Shown: piece after piece, positions 1-8,927 of the stretch
How positions within the stretch are numbered: the stretch's first letter is position 1
Layout of the letters: each line of letters begins with the position of its first letter
From: Steroidobacteraceae bacterium
GTDB lineage: Bacteria; Pseudomonadota; Gammaproteobacteria; Steroidobacterales; Steroidobacteraceae
Direction: 5' to 3'
DNA length: 64,000 nt
Assembly: GCA_036521395.1 (NCBI GenBank)
Contig: DATDHV010000180.1
Location: forward strand, 1,881-65,880
Program-made: the position numbers and the translations under genes
Notes under the pieces: generated by a model
What the model was told of the DNA's origin: nothing
Seen by the model: the letters and a program-made list of their open reading frames with translations, nothing else
Database searches by the model: none

Positions 1-1228
1 CGGAATCGTTGATGCGAGTGATGGCATCGTCGAGCTGGGAGTAGCGCAGGACGGGGAGCACCGGACCGAACTGCTCGTCTCGCACGAGCCTCGCATCATC
101 CGGGATGTCGCGCACGATGGTGGGCCGCATGAAATATCCCGGTCGATCGAGTCGCACGCCGCCGGCGATGATCCGGCCGCGCGCGCGCGCCTCATCCACG
201 AAGCCCTGAACCCGCCCCAGCTGCGCCTGGTTCTGCAGTGGCCCGAATTCGGTTCCGACTTCCAGGCCATCGCCCACCACGGCCGCGTCGGCCAATCGCA
301 CCAGTATCTCGCAGAGTGCTTCATAGAGCGAGTCGGGCGCGTAGACGCGCTTGATGGCCAGGCAAACTTGCCCGCTATTGGCCATGGCACCCGCGAAGAT
401 CTTCGGCGCCACGGTTGCGATGTTCGCATCATCCATCACCAGCGCCGCATCGTTGCCGCCCAGTTCGAGCGTCAGGCGCTTGACCGTCCCCGCTGCGCTC
501 GCCATGACTTTGCGACCTGTCACAGTCGAACCCGTGAAGGCAACTTTCGCAACGTCTGGGTGACTTGTAAGCGCATCACCCAAATCGTTCAGATCCGTGA
601 TGACATTTGCCACGCCGGCGGGAAGCACTTCGGCGCAGATCTCCCCGAAGCGCAGCGTCGTCAAGGGGGTTGTCGGCGCTGGCTTGAATACGATGGTGTT
701 GCCTGCCAAAAGCGCCGGGGCAAATTTGCTCATAAGCAGAATGATGGGCAGGTTCCAAGGGGTAATGGCCGCTACGACGCCCAGCGCCGCTCGCTGCCGC
801 ACGATACGAACGTCGGCAGTGTTCTTGAGCACCGTTTCCGGCAGATCCATGGCGGCAAATGCCCGAATCATGCCGCTCGAACGCTCGATCTCCCGTCGCG
901 CCTGCAGGAGGGGTTTGCCCTGCTCCTGGGTCAGCAGGCGTCCCAGCTCTTCACTACGTGAAGCCAACTTCTCGGCCACCTGCAATAGCAGCGCGCGTCG
1001 TTCAGCCAGCGCACGTCTTGACCAGCTTGGAAAGGCCGCCTTGGCCGCGGCGACCGCGCGATTGAGCTGCGCGAGATCGGCACGCGGGCAGCGCGCCAGC
1101 AGGCGCTCGTTGGCAGGATTGATGACATCGAAGGCGTCCGCCCCGGTCACGAGATGTCCGTCGATGAGCAGTCTGAACTCCGCGCCGGCATCAGTGGGCG
1201 AACCGGCAAGGGTGGTTGCGGTACTCAT
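1..1228 (-). CDS. NAD(P)+-dependent aldehyde dehydrogenase (N-terminal ~409 aa; C-terminus runs off the left window edge)
   Basis: Absent from the ORF track because it has no in-window stop. Manual minus-strand translation from ATG 1228-1226 gives MSTATTLAGSPTDAGAEFRLLIDGHLVTGADAFDVINPANE... ALDH hallmarks are present: FTGSTVTGRKV, ELGGNDAALV and NSGQVCLAIKRVY (catalytic Cys). No in-frame stop down to position 1. ATGA overlap with the stop of the upstream MFS gene. Confidence 0.85.
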   Translation of the reverse strand, partial: MSTATTLAGSPTDAGAEFRLLIDGHLVTGADAFDVINPANERLLARCPRADLAQLNRAVAAAKAAFPSWSRRALAERRALLLQVAEKLASRSEELGRLLTQEQGKPLLQARREIERSSGMIRAFAAMDLPETVLKNTADVRIVRQRAALGVVAAITPWNLPIILLMSKFAPALLAGNTIVFKPAPTTPLTTLRFGEICAEVLPAGVANVITDLNDLGDALTSHPDVAKVAFTGSTVTGRKVMASAAGTVKRLTLELGGNDAALVMDDANIATVAPKIFAGAMANSGQVCLAIKRVYAPDSLYEALCEILVRLADAAVVGDGLEVGTEFGPLQNQAQLGRVQGFVDEARARGRIIAGGVRLDRPGYFMRPTIVRDIPDDARLVRDEQFGPVLPVLRYSQLDDAITRINDS

Positions 1229-2493
1229 ACGGTCTGAGGTATCCCGGAGTTTGCGCTCGTCTGCGGCTTCGCTCCCAGTGAGGCGGTCAGCACGACGGAC
1301 ACCAGCGTGGCGATGGCCGATGCGGACAACAGCGCAACGTAGGACGAGAACAGATCGTAGCTGTGGCCGGCGAAGTAAGATCCCAGCGCACCGCCGGCAT
1401 TGAAGAGCACGAACAGCGTGCCGTAGATTCGGCCCAGCGAGACACGACCGAAATAGTGCACGCAGAAGAAACCGAGCGCATCGAATTCGAGCCCGAGTCC
1501 TATACCGAGTGCGATCAGCATAAAGGCCGCTGCCGAAGCACCCGGAATAAGGGCCAGCCCAGCGAGCCCGAGAACCGGGAACACCAGCAAGCCTGCAGCG
1601 ATGAACGGTGGGTGGAATCTATCCAGCATATAGCCGGCGCCCAGTCGGGCGATGATGAGTGAGAACCCAAGCAGTGCGGCGAGATTGCCGGCATCGGCGC
1701 GAGCGACCCCTCGATCCACGAGCAGCGGGATGATCTGCGAGACCATACCGTTCAGGGAAATTCCGAGCAGCAGCGTTGCCGCGGCCAGTTTCCAGAACGT
1801 CGTGGTGCGCAGGGCCTGCATGAATCCGAATCCGCCGTCCGAACCATCGCCGACCAGCGCGTCGCCACGCGGGGCGGCGTCTCCGTCCGGATTCAGGCCG
1901 CGCTCTGAGGGACGATTTCGCACCACCAGGTACAGCGCCGGTAAGACGATGAAAATATTGATGAGCCCGAGCGCCACGAAGGCATCCCGCCAGCCGCTCG
2001 CTTGAATGATCCGGCTCACGAGCGGCGGCAGGATCAGGGCGCCGGCACCGGCTCCCGATATGCCAAGCGCCAGCGCAAGCCCCTTGCGCCGATCGAACCA
2101 GGCGACAATGAGTCGGACATAGCTGATCGACTGGGTACCCGCGCCGAGCGCCGAAAGCAGGATCAGACCGAAATAATAATGACGGATGTTCCGGTCCACG
2201 AAATGAAAGAGGCACAGGATGACGCCGAAGCAGAGTGTCGACAACAACAACGGCCGTCTGACCCCGACCTTGTCGATAAGGATTCCGACCAGCGGCAGCG
2301 CAATGATCGTGGTCACGTAGACACAGGTCATTCCCAGGGCGATGGAGCCCCGCGTCCACCCGAACTCTTCCGACAATGGCAGCGTGAAGGCGCTGAAGGC
2401 GTAAATCTGTGTGCCCACGAAACCGAAGCAGATGCCGAGAGCCGATACGGCGACGATCAGCCACCCGTAGAAAGGTCTGTTGGCCGCCCTCAT
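1225..2493 (-). CDS. MFS transporter
   Basis: 422-aa ORF that is hydrophobic throughout, with ~12 predicted helices. MFS-like loop motif GILIDKVGVRRPLL. Its stop overlaps the ALDH start by 4 bp. Confidence 0.85.
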   Translation of the reverse strand: MRAANRPFYGWLIVAVSALGICFGFVGTQIYAFSAFTLPLSEEFGWTRGSIALGMTCVYVTTIIALPLVGILIDKVGVRRPLLLSTLCFGVILCLFHFVDRNIRHYYFGLILLSALGAGTQSISYVRLIVAWFDRRKGLALALGISGAGAGALILPPLVSRIIQASGWRDAFVALGLINIFIVLPALYLVVRNRPSERGLNPDGDAAPRGDALVGDGSDGGFGFMQALRTTTFWKLAAATLLLGISLNGMVSQIIPLLVDRGVARADAGNLAALLGFSLIIARLGAGYMLDRFHPPFIAAGLLVFPVLGLAGLALIPGASAAAFMLIALGIGLGLEFDALGFFCVHYFGRVSLGRIYGTLFVLFNAGGALGSYFAGHSYDLFSSYVALLSASAIATLVSVVLTASLGAKPQTSANSGIPQTV

Positions 2494-2553
2494 GAGGATC
2501 TGCCTCCGCGTTCGATTGGCAGCGCGCGCAGGACGCGTGCCCCGAATGGATAT

Positions 2554-2577
2554 TAATGAGTATGCTGAGTATCACAT
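2554..2577 (-). promoter_or_regulatory. Conserved island box, copy 1 (core AGTATGCTGAGTAT at 2559-2572), upstream of MFS-ALDH and in the MarR divergent intergenic region
   Basis: One of four near-identical boxes (see 10088, 16171, 17161). Lies 66 bp upstream of the MFS start codon. A TTGACA hexamer on the minus strand (2592-2597) sits just upstream. Confidence 0.6.
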
Positions 2578-2727
2578 CCGCTGTTCGGATGTGTCAACGG
2601 CCGCACCGGTCGCGGACGAGTTCCGCATGATTTGTGCGGTGTACTAAGGTACGCTAGGCAGTGAGCCACGAGTGCAAGCGCATCGTTTCGCACCGGAGAC
2701 TAAATAATCAATAACGAATCTACAACC

Positions 2728-3189
2728 ATGGACCGCTCGCGAGTTATATGGAAGAGACCCGGCTTCCTTGTGCGCCGACTGCAGCAAATCTGGGTCGCCG
2801 TATTCATCAATGAATGCTCGGAGTTTGAAGTGACGCCGGTACAGTGGGGCGTACTGTCGATGGTGTCCGAGAACCCCGGGGTGGGCCAGATCGAGATTTC
2901 CGAGGAATTGGGATTGGATCGGTCGAACGTCGCCAACGTCGTCCATCGCCTTGCGAGGCGCGGGCTGCTCCGACAGAAACTCAGCCCCACCGATCAGCGG
3001 AAGAAGGACATCACCATCACCAAGGCGGGGGAGAAGGTGATGTCGCGCATCGAGGAATGTGCGGGTCGGGCGCAGCGGAAGATCCTCGCGCCATTGGATG
3101 ATCGGGAGCGCGAGATCTTCATGGAACTGCTCTCGCGTCTGGTCCGGGAGAACAACCATTTGGGGCGTGCGATCCTCCGGCTCAACTAA
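2728..3189 (+). CDS. MarR-family transcriptional regulator
   Basis: 153 aa. Winged-HTH region VTPVQWGVLSMVSENPGVGQIEISEELGLDRSNVANVVHRLARRGLL..DQRKKDITITKAGE is typical of MarR. Divergent from MFS-ALDH. Confidence 0.9.
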   Translation: MDRSRVIWKRPGFLVRRLQQIWVAVFINECSEFEVTPVQWGVLSMVSENPGVGQIEISEELGLDRSNVANVVHRLARRGLLRQKLSPTDQRKKDITITKAGEKVMSRIEECAGRAQRKILAPLDDREREIFMELLSRLVRENNHLGRAILRLN

Positions 3190-3202
3190 GCTCGAAGAGC
3201 CC

Positions 3203-4342
3203 TCACTCCAGTACCGCGTTCAATTCGCGCGGCGTCGATAGCAGCGGCTCCGGCCCCTTCGGCGTAACAATGACGGTATCGCCGAGCACGAAGTAGCCGG
3301 CCAGCGGCGTGAAGGTGTTCGGATGAACCACGAGCACCGCGTTCTCTTCCAGCACCGTGTGCACTCCCTCGATAATGTGGACCTCATCGAGGTAGAGTCC
3401 CATGCAGTGCCCTCGCACACGCGTGTAGTCCGATGTGCAGTATTCACCGTAGCCGTGGCGCCTGAAGACATCGTTCTCGGCCTTGGCCACTTCGTGCGCG
3501 GTGACACCCGGTTTGATGGCCTCGAGTCCGGCGACGACGGCTTCCTCGAATAATGCAAACGACTCCCGATGCCTATCAGTCGAAGGGCCGACGACAGCGG
3601 TGCGGCAGATCTGCGTCCAATAGCCCTTGAATTGAGGTGTGAGCTCCGTTCGCACGAGATCCCCTCGCTCGAGCCGACGATCGGACGGCGGCGTCATTCC
3701 TCGCACCTCGTCGCCGCCGGAGGCGATCAACATGAAGTTGTCTTCCGCTCCCTCCGCTCGCAGGCGTGCTTCGACGTCGGCGACGATTTCGAATTCCCGC
3801 ACGCCTGGCCGGCAGGCCGCCTGAAAGGCCTTCCAGGACAAATCGCAGATCTCACCCGCACGGCGCAGCCGCGCGAGTTCGAATTCGCTCTTGACCAGTC
3901 GGATGCCGTCCATCAGATCGGTGGCAGTCGCGAATTCGATCTGAGGCAGGAGCGATTGCAGCTGCCGCCAGACAGTCACTGGCACGAACTCGGCGCCTGC
4001 AATACCGACTCGGCCGCGCGCGAAATCCTCGCGCACGCGATCCGCGAGTCCTGATACATCTGGAAACACCACTTCCTGAACATCATCGACAAACCCCGTC
4101 TGCCGCATCGCCTGCGCGTCGAGCGGCGAGCAGGCGAACGCGCTGACTGCCCCCGATAAGGGCACATAGGCTAGCGCTGCGCTCGAGTCGAGCGCCGCGT
4201 CGGTGACATAGCGGACGTTCTCACGTCGCCACGCCGGGGCGAAGGCGATCAGCGCATCAAAGCCTGCGGAACCGATGGCCTTGCGAATCCGGGCAGTGCG
4301 CCAGGCAGCTTCCGATTTTGGGCTCCGCGCCGCGGCCGTCAT
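3203..4342 (-). CDS. M24-family (creatinase/prolidase-like pita-bread fold) hydrolase, metal ligands apparently substituted
   Basis: ORF 3203..4363. Start moved to ATG 4342, which forms an ATGA overlap with the upstream stop, as at every other junction in this operon. Creatinase/prolidase N-domain plus a C-terminal pita-bread region (GDLVRTELTPQFKGYWTQICRT, GHCMGL, VLVVHPNTF, LGDTVIVT). Confidence 0.8.
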   Translation of the reverse strand: MTAAARSPKSEAAWRTARIRKAIGSAGFDALIAFAPAWRRENVRYVTDAALDSSAALAYVPLSGAVSAFACSPLDAQAMRQTGFVDDVQEVVFPDVSGLADRVREDFARGRVGIAGAEFVPVTVWRQLQSLLPQIEFATATDLMDGIRLVKSEFELARLRRAGEICDLSWKAFQAACRPGVREFEIVADVEARLRAEGAEDNFMLIASGGDEVRGMTPPSDRRLERGDLVRTELTPQFKGYWTQICRTAVVGPSTDRHRESFALFEEAVVAGLEAIKPGVTAHEVAKAENDVFRRHGYGEYCTSDYTRVRGHCMGLYLDEVHIIEGVHTVLEENAVLVVHPNTFTPLAGYFVLGDTVIVTPKGPEPLLSTPRELNAVLE

Positions 4343-5385
4343 GAGGCCAGCTCCTTCCGGCACAGCGGCACCGCGCCGGATGGGGAGATGCTCACGGTAT
4401 CTGTGGCAATGACGGGACCATCGTCACCACAGAGTGTCAACTGAATGCAGACCACCTCGTTAACCTGTAGGGGCCGATTTGAGTCGTCCGGGCTGCGATA
4501 GAGCCCGCGCGTTTCGAGATCCAGATATGGGTAGCACGCCAGCCGCGCGCGTCCCGATCCTCCAAATCGTCCGGTAGTGCGGCGCGCCAGACTCGTCTCG
4601 TTTACTCCTGGCCGCGCCGCCGCAAGTAAGTCCCGCAATGCCGTCTCCGCCAGAGTTGCCGACGGCCCGTTGCGCGACAGCGACCGCCGCACCCAGACAT
4701 CGCGGTACTGGCCGATTGCATCGATCCATTCGGTCGAATCCCCCAAGCCGCCGGCGGCCACGGTGGCGTCCTGGAAGCCATCGCGTCGCAATGCACGCAC
4801 GGCGATGGCGGCGCACTCCTCTGCACTGGTGCCGCCAGACCAGGCCAGCCTCAGCGCGTCAGCCAGCCGTCCGGCACCACTTTCAAGCAGGCGCCGCGTC
4901 TCGACCGAAGGCACGAGGCGGGCGGCGCGTACGGCAGGCCCCAGATCTTCGAGCAGCATGTCTGGCAAGGCCTCCCTGATTTGCTCGACGAGTTGGTGGG
5001 GCCACCATGGCAAGTCGATAAGCGCCAGCGATCCCCTGCATTGGCCCGGCTGATCCTGCAGATATTTGCTGACACTTTCGGCCAGCTGGGGACCGCTGCG
5101 GATGTCCTGGAGCGTCGAGGTCTGACGCATCCACGTCGTTACGCGCTTGGAGAGCTTGGTAATGAGCGCGGGAGGTCCGTCCCTAGGGACGGCCAGTACG
5201 GCCTCGCTCCAATAGAGGCAGAGATTGGTCAGATAGTTGATATCACCCGAGCGCGATACGTCGCCATACACCAGGGCGACGTGAGCGCTCGATCGCCGTA
5301 GCTGCGCTTGCAGCGCCTCTATACGGGCAGCGTAGACCTCGCGCGGTATCTCGCGTTGGTCGAGCGTGACCAATCCTCGCTTCAT
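4339..5385 (-). CDS. Divergent M24/creatinase-like protein (degenerate paralogue)
   Basis: 348-aa ORF. The N-terminal region resembles the creatinase/prolidase N-domain (ARIEALQAQLRRSSAHVALVYGD...NYLTN). The C-terminal half is only weakly pita-bread-like. 4-bp overlaps on both sides. Confidence 0.6.
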   Translation of the reverse strand: MKRGLVTLDQREIPREVYAARIEALQAQLRRSSAHVALVYGDVSRSGDINYLTNLCLYWSEAVLAVPRDGPPALITKLSKRVTTWMRQTSTLQDIRSGPQLAESVSKYLQDQPGQCRGSLALIDLPWWPHQLVEQIREALPDMLLEDLGPAVRAARLVPSVETRRLLESGAGRLADALRLAWSGGTSAEECAAIAVRALRRDGFQDATVAAGGLGDSTEWIDAIGQYRDVWVRRSLSRNGPSATLAETALRDLLAAARPGVNETSLARRTTGRFGGSGRARLACYPYLDLETRGLYRSPDDSNRPLQVNEVVCIQLTLCGDDGPVIATDTVSISPSGAVPLCRKELAS

Positions 5386-5885
5386 GATTGCTCCACCAGC
5401 CGCGAGCCGATCGCAATCACGCCACCGGCGCGCAGCATCTCGAGGAGGAAGGGATCGGCGGGGGGCCCTCGATGCGTGCGAGCCGTGCGTTCGACCTTCA
5501 CCTCGCCCGCGGGCACATCCACTTCGAGCACGTCACCTTCGATAACGTTCTGGCGGATGCCTGGAATTTCGGTGATCGGCAGTCCCACTTCGAAGGCGTT
5601 GCGATAGAATGTGCGGGCAAAGCTCTCCGCCACGATGCACGAAATGCCCGTTGCCTGCAGCGCCCGCACCGCAATAGCTCGACCGGAGGACTGTCCGAAA
5701 TGCTTTCCAGCCACGAGAACATCCCCACGCTGAACATTGCCCGCGAAACCGGGGTTGGCGTCTTCCAGTACGTGGCGCGCAATTTCGTCAATCGGCAGGA
5801 AGAATCGGTGCGACTTGATGATCTGGTCGGTGGGTACGTAGTCCCCGACGATCCAGCACGCTCCTTTGAACCTGAAATCCGTCAT
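5382..5885 (-). CDS. Aconitase-family small subunit (LeuD-like), degenerate motif
   Basis: 167 aa with the LeuD-like swivel domain. The canonical NFGCGSSREHA motif reads HFGQSSGRAIA. 4-bp overlaps with both neighbours. Confidence 0.75.
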   Translation of the reverse strand: MTDFRFKGACWIVGDYVPTDQIIKSHRFFLPIDEIARHVLEDANPGFAGNVQRGDVLVAGKHFGQSSGRAIAVRALQATGISCIVAESFARTFYRNAFEVGLPITEIPGIRQNVIEGDVLEVDVPAGEVKVERTARTHRGPPADPFLLEMLRAGGVIAIGSRLVEQS

Positions 5886-7144
5886 GACAGGTCCCGAGCG
5901 TCCGTGAGCGAGCCGCGCAATGCCGATGCCGCCACGGTCAGCGCGGAGGCCAGGAACATGCTGGCCAAGGCGCTACCGTTGCGACCCGGAAAGTTACGCG
6001 AGTGGGTCGAGATCATGCTCTCACCGGCGGCCATGGCGCCCATGTTGATGCTCTGATTGGAACCGGTGCTTGGCGGGAACCAGAGCGCCCCGGCCTCGTG
6101 CAGTTGCTGAACGAGACCCTCCTGAAGTGCCTGCGCGAAGACGGGCCTGCTTGACGGGACGATGTTGAAGCGGACATTCGGGTGTACACGCTGACCCGCG
6201 AGCACCCGCGCAGCCATGCGAATGTCCTCTATGCGGCCACCCCCGTGTCCGCCTATCTCCGCCCATTGAATCCTCGTTCCGGCTAACGCGCGCACGGGCT
6301 TGACGTTGCCCACGCTCGGCGGGCAGGCGACCTGCGGTTCGATTTCCGACACATCGAATCTCCAGGTGGCTTCGGGACGTCGCTGGGGTTGCGGCGTAAT
6401 CTCCAACCCCTCCCACGCCTGCATCGATTTTGCGGCGCGCGCGAACTCGAACAGCTTCTCATCCGGCTCGATGTACCCGCACTTCGCGCCCACATCCACG
6501 GTGATTAGCGGGAACAGCCAACGGTCGAAAAGGCTCAAGCCTTCGATGAAGGGCCCGCTGAACTCCAGCGCCTTGTAGACGGCTCCGTCCTCCCCGATCT
6601 GAGCCACAAGCCACAAGGCGATATCGCGCGCCGAAGTGCCGTCGCGCAATGCGCCAGACAGCTCGATACGAACCGTGGCCGGCACGCGGAACCAGGCTTT
6701 GCCGTGCGGAAACACCATGCCGGCGTGGCAATCGTTTCCAACTGCCACCGCAAACGCACCCAGCGTGCCGTGCACTGGCGTGTGGCTGTCGGATCCGACA
6801 ACTACCATCCCCGGGCCAATGAAGCCGCCTCGGGCGACGGCATTGTGGATATTGCCGCTACCGCAGTTGAGCAATGTGATGCCGTATTTCTCCGCCCAAT
6901 CGCGATCGGATTTGAGCACCTCGGCCTCGCGCTCTCGGGGCGGCGAGAAAATATGATCGAACACCATGATCACGCGATCGGGATGCTTGAGCGGCTTGTT
7001 GACCTTCTCTTCGTAGACACGCGAGGTCATGTACCCGCTCAGATCGTGCATGATCATTCGATCCACCTCGGCAATGACTATATCGCCGGGCGAGACGCTG
7101 CCGCGTCCGCTCGCGCGCGCGAGAATGCTCTCGATCAGGTTCAC
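5882..7144 (-). CDS. Aconitase-family large subunit (LeuC-like) lacking the three Fe-S cluster cysteines
   Basis: 420 aa. Retains VVGSDSHTP and STHSRNFPGRNGS. GSC(A/T)N is replaced by GGHGG, and PGCGAC by PSTGSN. Confidence 0.8.
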   Translation of the reverse strand: MNLIESILARASGRGSVSPGDIVIAEVDRMIMHDLSGYMTSRVYEEKVNKPLKHPDRVIMVFDHIFSPPREREAEVLKSDRDWAEKYGITLLNCGSGNIHNAVARGGFIGPGMVVVGSDSHTPVHGTLGAFAVAVGNDCHAGMVFPHGKAWFRVPATVRIELSGALRDGTSARDIALWLVAQIGEDGAVYKALEFSGPFIEGLSLFDRWLFPLITVDVGAKCGYIEPDEKLFEFARAAKSMQAWEGLEITPQPQRRPEATWRFDVSEIEPQVACPPSVGNVKPVRALAGTRIQWAEIGGHGGGRIEDIRMAARVLAGQRVHPNVRFNIVPSSRPVFAQALQEGLVQQLHEAGALWFPPSTGSNQSINMGAMAAGESMISTHSRNFPGRNGSALASMFLASALTVAASALRGSLTDARDLS

Positions 7145-8412
7145 GCCAGGACCTCGCGGGGGTCGGTGATCACGCCAGTAATGGCAGAGGCGGCCGCTGT
7201 CGCCGGACTGGCCAGGTAAATGGCAGATTCGTAGCTGCCCATGCGGCCGCGGAAGTTGCGATTGGCGGTCGAGAGCGTGACCTCACCCTGGTCCATCGCG
7301 CCGCCATCCCCGGCACAGGCGCCGCATCCGGGATTCGTGATAAGGGCGCCGGCTTCGATGAGCGTCGACAGTACACCGCTGTCCGCGGCCTTCTTCATGG
7401 TATCGCGTGAACCCGGCGTGACGAGCAATCGGACTCCTGCCGCCACCCTGCGCCCTTTCAGGATCTTCGCCACCTCCACCAGGTCGTCATACTTGGCGTT
7501 GGCGCAGGAGCCAACAAATACCTGGTCCAGCTTCACTCCGGCGACCTCGCCCACAGGGCGTACGTTGTCGACCGCGTGCGGGCATGCCACTTGTGGCGCA
7601 AGACTCGTTGCGTCGATTGAGAGTTCGCGTACATAAAGGGCGCCGTCATCCGGCAGCAACGCATGGCGCGCGGGATCGTCGACGCCAGCGGCTGCCAGAT
7701 AGTCGTAGGCGATCGCATCGGGACGCACGTAGGCGTTCTTGGCACCGAGCTCCATGGCCAGATTGCAAAGCGTCATGCGCTCGGAGATCGACATCGATGC
7801 CGTCAGCGCTCCGTCGAACTCCATCGACTGATACGTTGCGCCGTCGGCCGTCAGGTCCCCGATGAGCTTGAGCATGATATCCTTGGGAAACACGCCAGGC
7901 GAGAGTCGTCCCGCAAGCGTCACCCGCATGGACTCCGGCACCATCATCCACAGTACGCCCGTCACCCAGGTCGCTGTAATCTCGCTGAAGCCGACGCCCG
8001 TACCAAGCGCACCTAGCGCACCGTAGATTGTCGAATGCGAATCTGTGCCGATGATGATCTCGCCGGGCCTGATGAGACCGCGTTCCATCAATACGAGGTG
8101 GGCGATGCCCTCGTTAACATCGAAGAAATGCCCAACGCCGTAGTGCCGTGCAAACTCCCGGCACAGCCGATGGTGACCGGCTACCTGTGCGGTGGGTGCG
8201 GGTGCGATGTGATCCATCACCATGGCAATTCGCTCGGGATGGCGGATCGTTGCTCCCGGGAGCTTTTCGAAGGTCTTGATGCAACGCCAGCTCGCCGTGT
8301 GACTCATGTAGAGGTCGGGTGCCACCTCGACGATGGTGCCCGGAGCGAGACCGCTCGAGCCGGAAGCGCGCTCGATTGCCTTCTGTGCAAAGGTCTTCGC
8401 AGATTCCGTCAC
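7141..8412 (-). CDS. Aconitase-family hydro-lyase large subunit (LeuC/HacA-like), intact 4Fe-4S ligands
   Basis: 423 aa with motifs IIGTDSHST, VFVGSCANAKYDDL, NPGCGACAG and STANRNFRGRMGS. Confidence 0.9.
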   Translation of the reverse strand: MTESAKTFAQKAIERASGSSGLAPGTIVEVAPDLYMSHTASWRCIKTFEKLPGATIRHPERIAMVMDHIAPAPTAQVAGHHRLCREFARHYGVGHFFDVNEGIAHLVLMERGLIRPGEIIIGTDSHSTIYGALGALGTGVGFSEITATWVTGVLWMMVPESMRVTLAGRLSPGVFPKDIMLKLIGDLTADGATYQSMEFDGALTASMSISERMTLCNLAMELGAKNAYVRPDAIAYDYLAAAGVDDPARHALLPDDGALYVRELSIDATSLAPQVACPHAVDNVRPVGEVAGVKLDQVFVGSCANAKYDDLVEVAKILKGRRVAAGVRLLVTPGSRDTMKKAADSGVLSTLIEAGALITNPGCGACAGDGGAMDQGEVTLSTANRNFRGRMGSYESAIYLASPATAAASAITGVITDPREVLA

Positions 8413-8927
8413 CGCCGCGCCTCGGATGCGAGCTTGCGCGCGACGTAGGGAATCAATCCGCCTGCATTGAGGATGCGCGTCAGATTTTCGGGGTAGGGCG
8501 GAAATGAGAAACGTCCGCCCAGCGTCTCGATCATGCCCGCCGCCACATCGATAAATACCTCGTCACCGTCGGCGATATGAGCCTCGGCATCGGCCGACTG
8601 CAGGGCGGCGAGTCCAGTATTGATAGCGTTGCGGAAGAATACGCGAGCGAATGATTGTGCCACCACAGCCTGAATGCCCGCACCGACCAGGCAGCTGGCG
8701 GCCTGCTCGCGGGCGCTACCGCAACCGAAATTCCTGCCGGCCACTATCACTTTGGCCGCCCGAAAGCGGTCCTGAAACGCGCGCCCGAGCGGCTCAAAGG
8801 CGTGCCCGGCGAGTTCAACCGGATCGATGCTCGTCAGATATCGGCCCGGAATGATCACATCGCTGTTGACGTGATCGCCGAGCTTCACGCATCGACCGCC
8901 GATGACCCATGAGCTGCGTTCGCTCAT
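8409..8927 (-). CDS. Aconitase-family hydro-lyase small subunit (LeuD/HacB-like)
   Basis: 172 aa with motif VIVAGRNFGCGSAREQA and FARVFFRNAINTGL. Confidence 0.9.
   Translation of the reverse strand: MSERSSWVIGGRCVKLGDHVNSDVIIPGRYLTSIDPVELAGHAFEPLGRAFQDRFRAAKVIVAGRNFGCGSAREQAASCLVGAGIQAVVAQSFARVFFRNAINTGLAALQSADAEAHIADGDEVFIDVAAGMIETLGGRFSFPPYPENLTRILNAGGLIPYVARKLASEARR

Noticed and set aside
2638-2667. Possible fifth, weaker copy of the island box near the marR start (GGTGTACTAAGGTACGCTAGGCAGTGAGCC)
   Set aside because: It shares only GTGTACT.AG and GTACGCT fragments and lacks the invariant CTGAG spacing. It is too degenerate to call without a statistical scan. It may still be an autoregulatory half-site.
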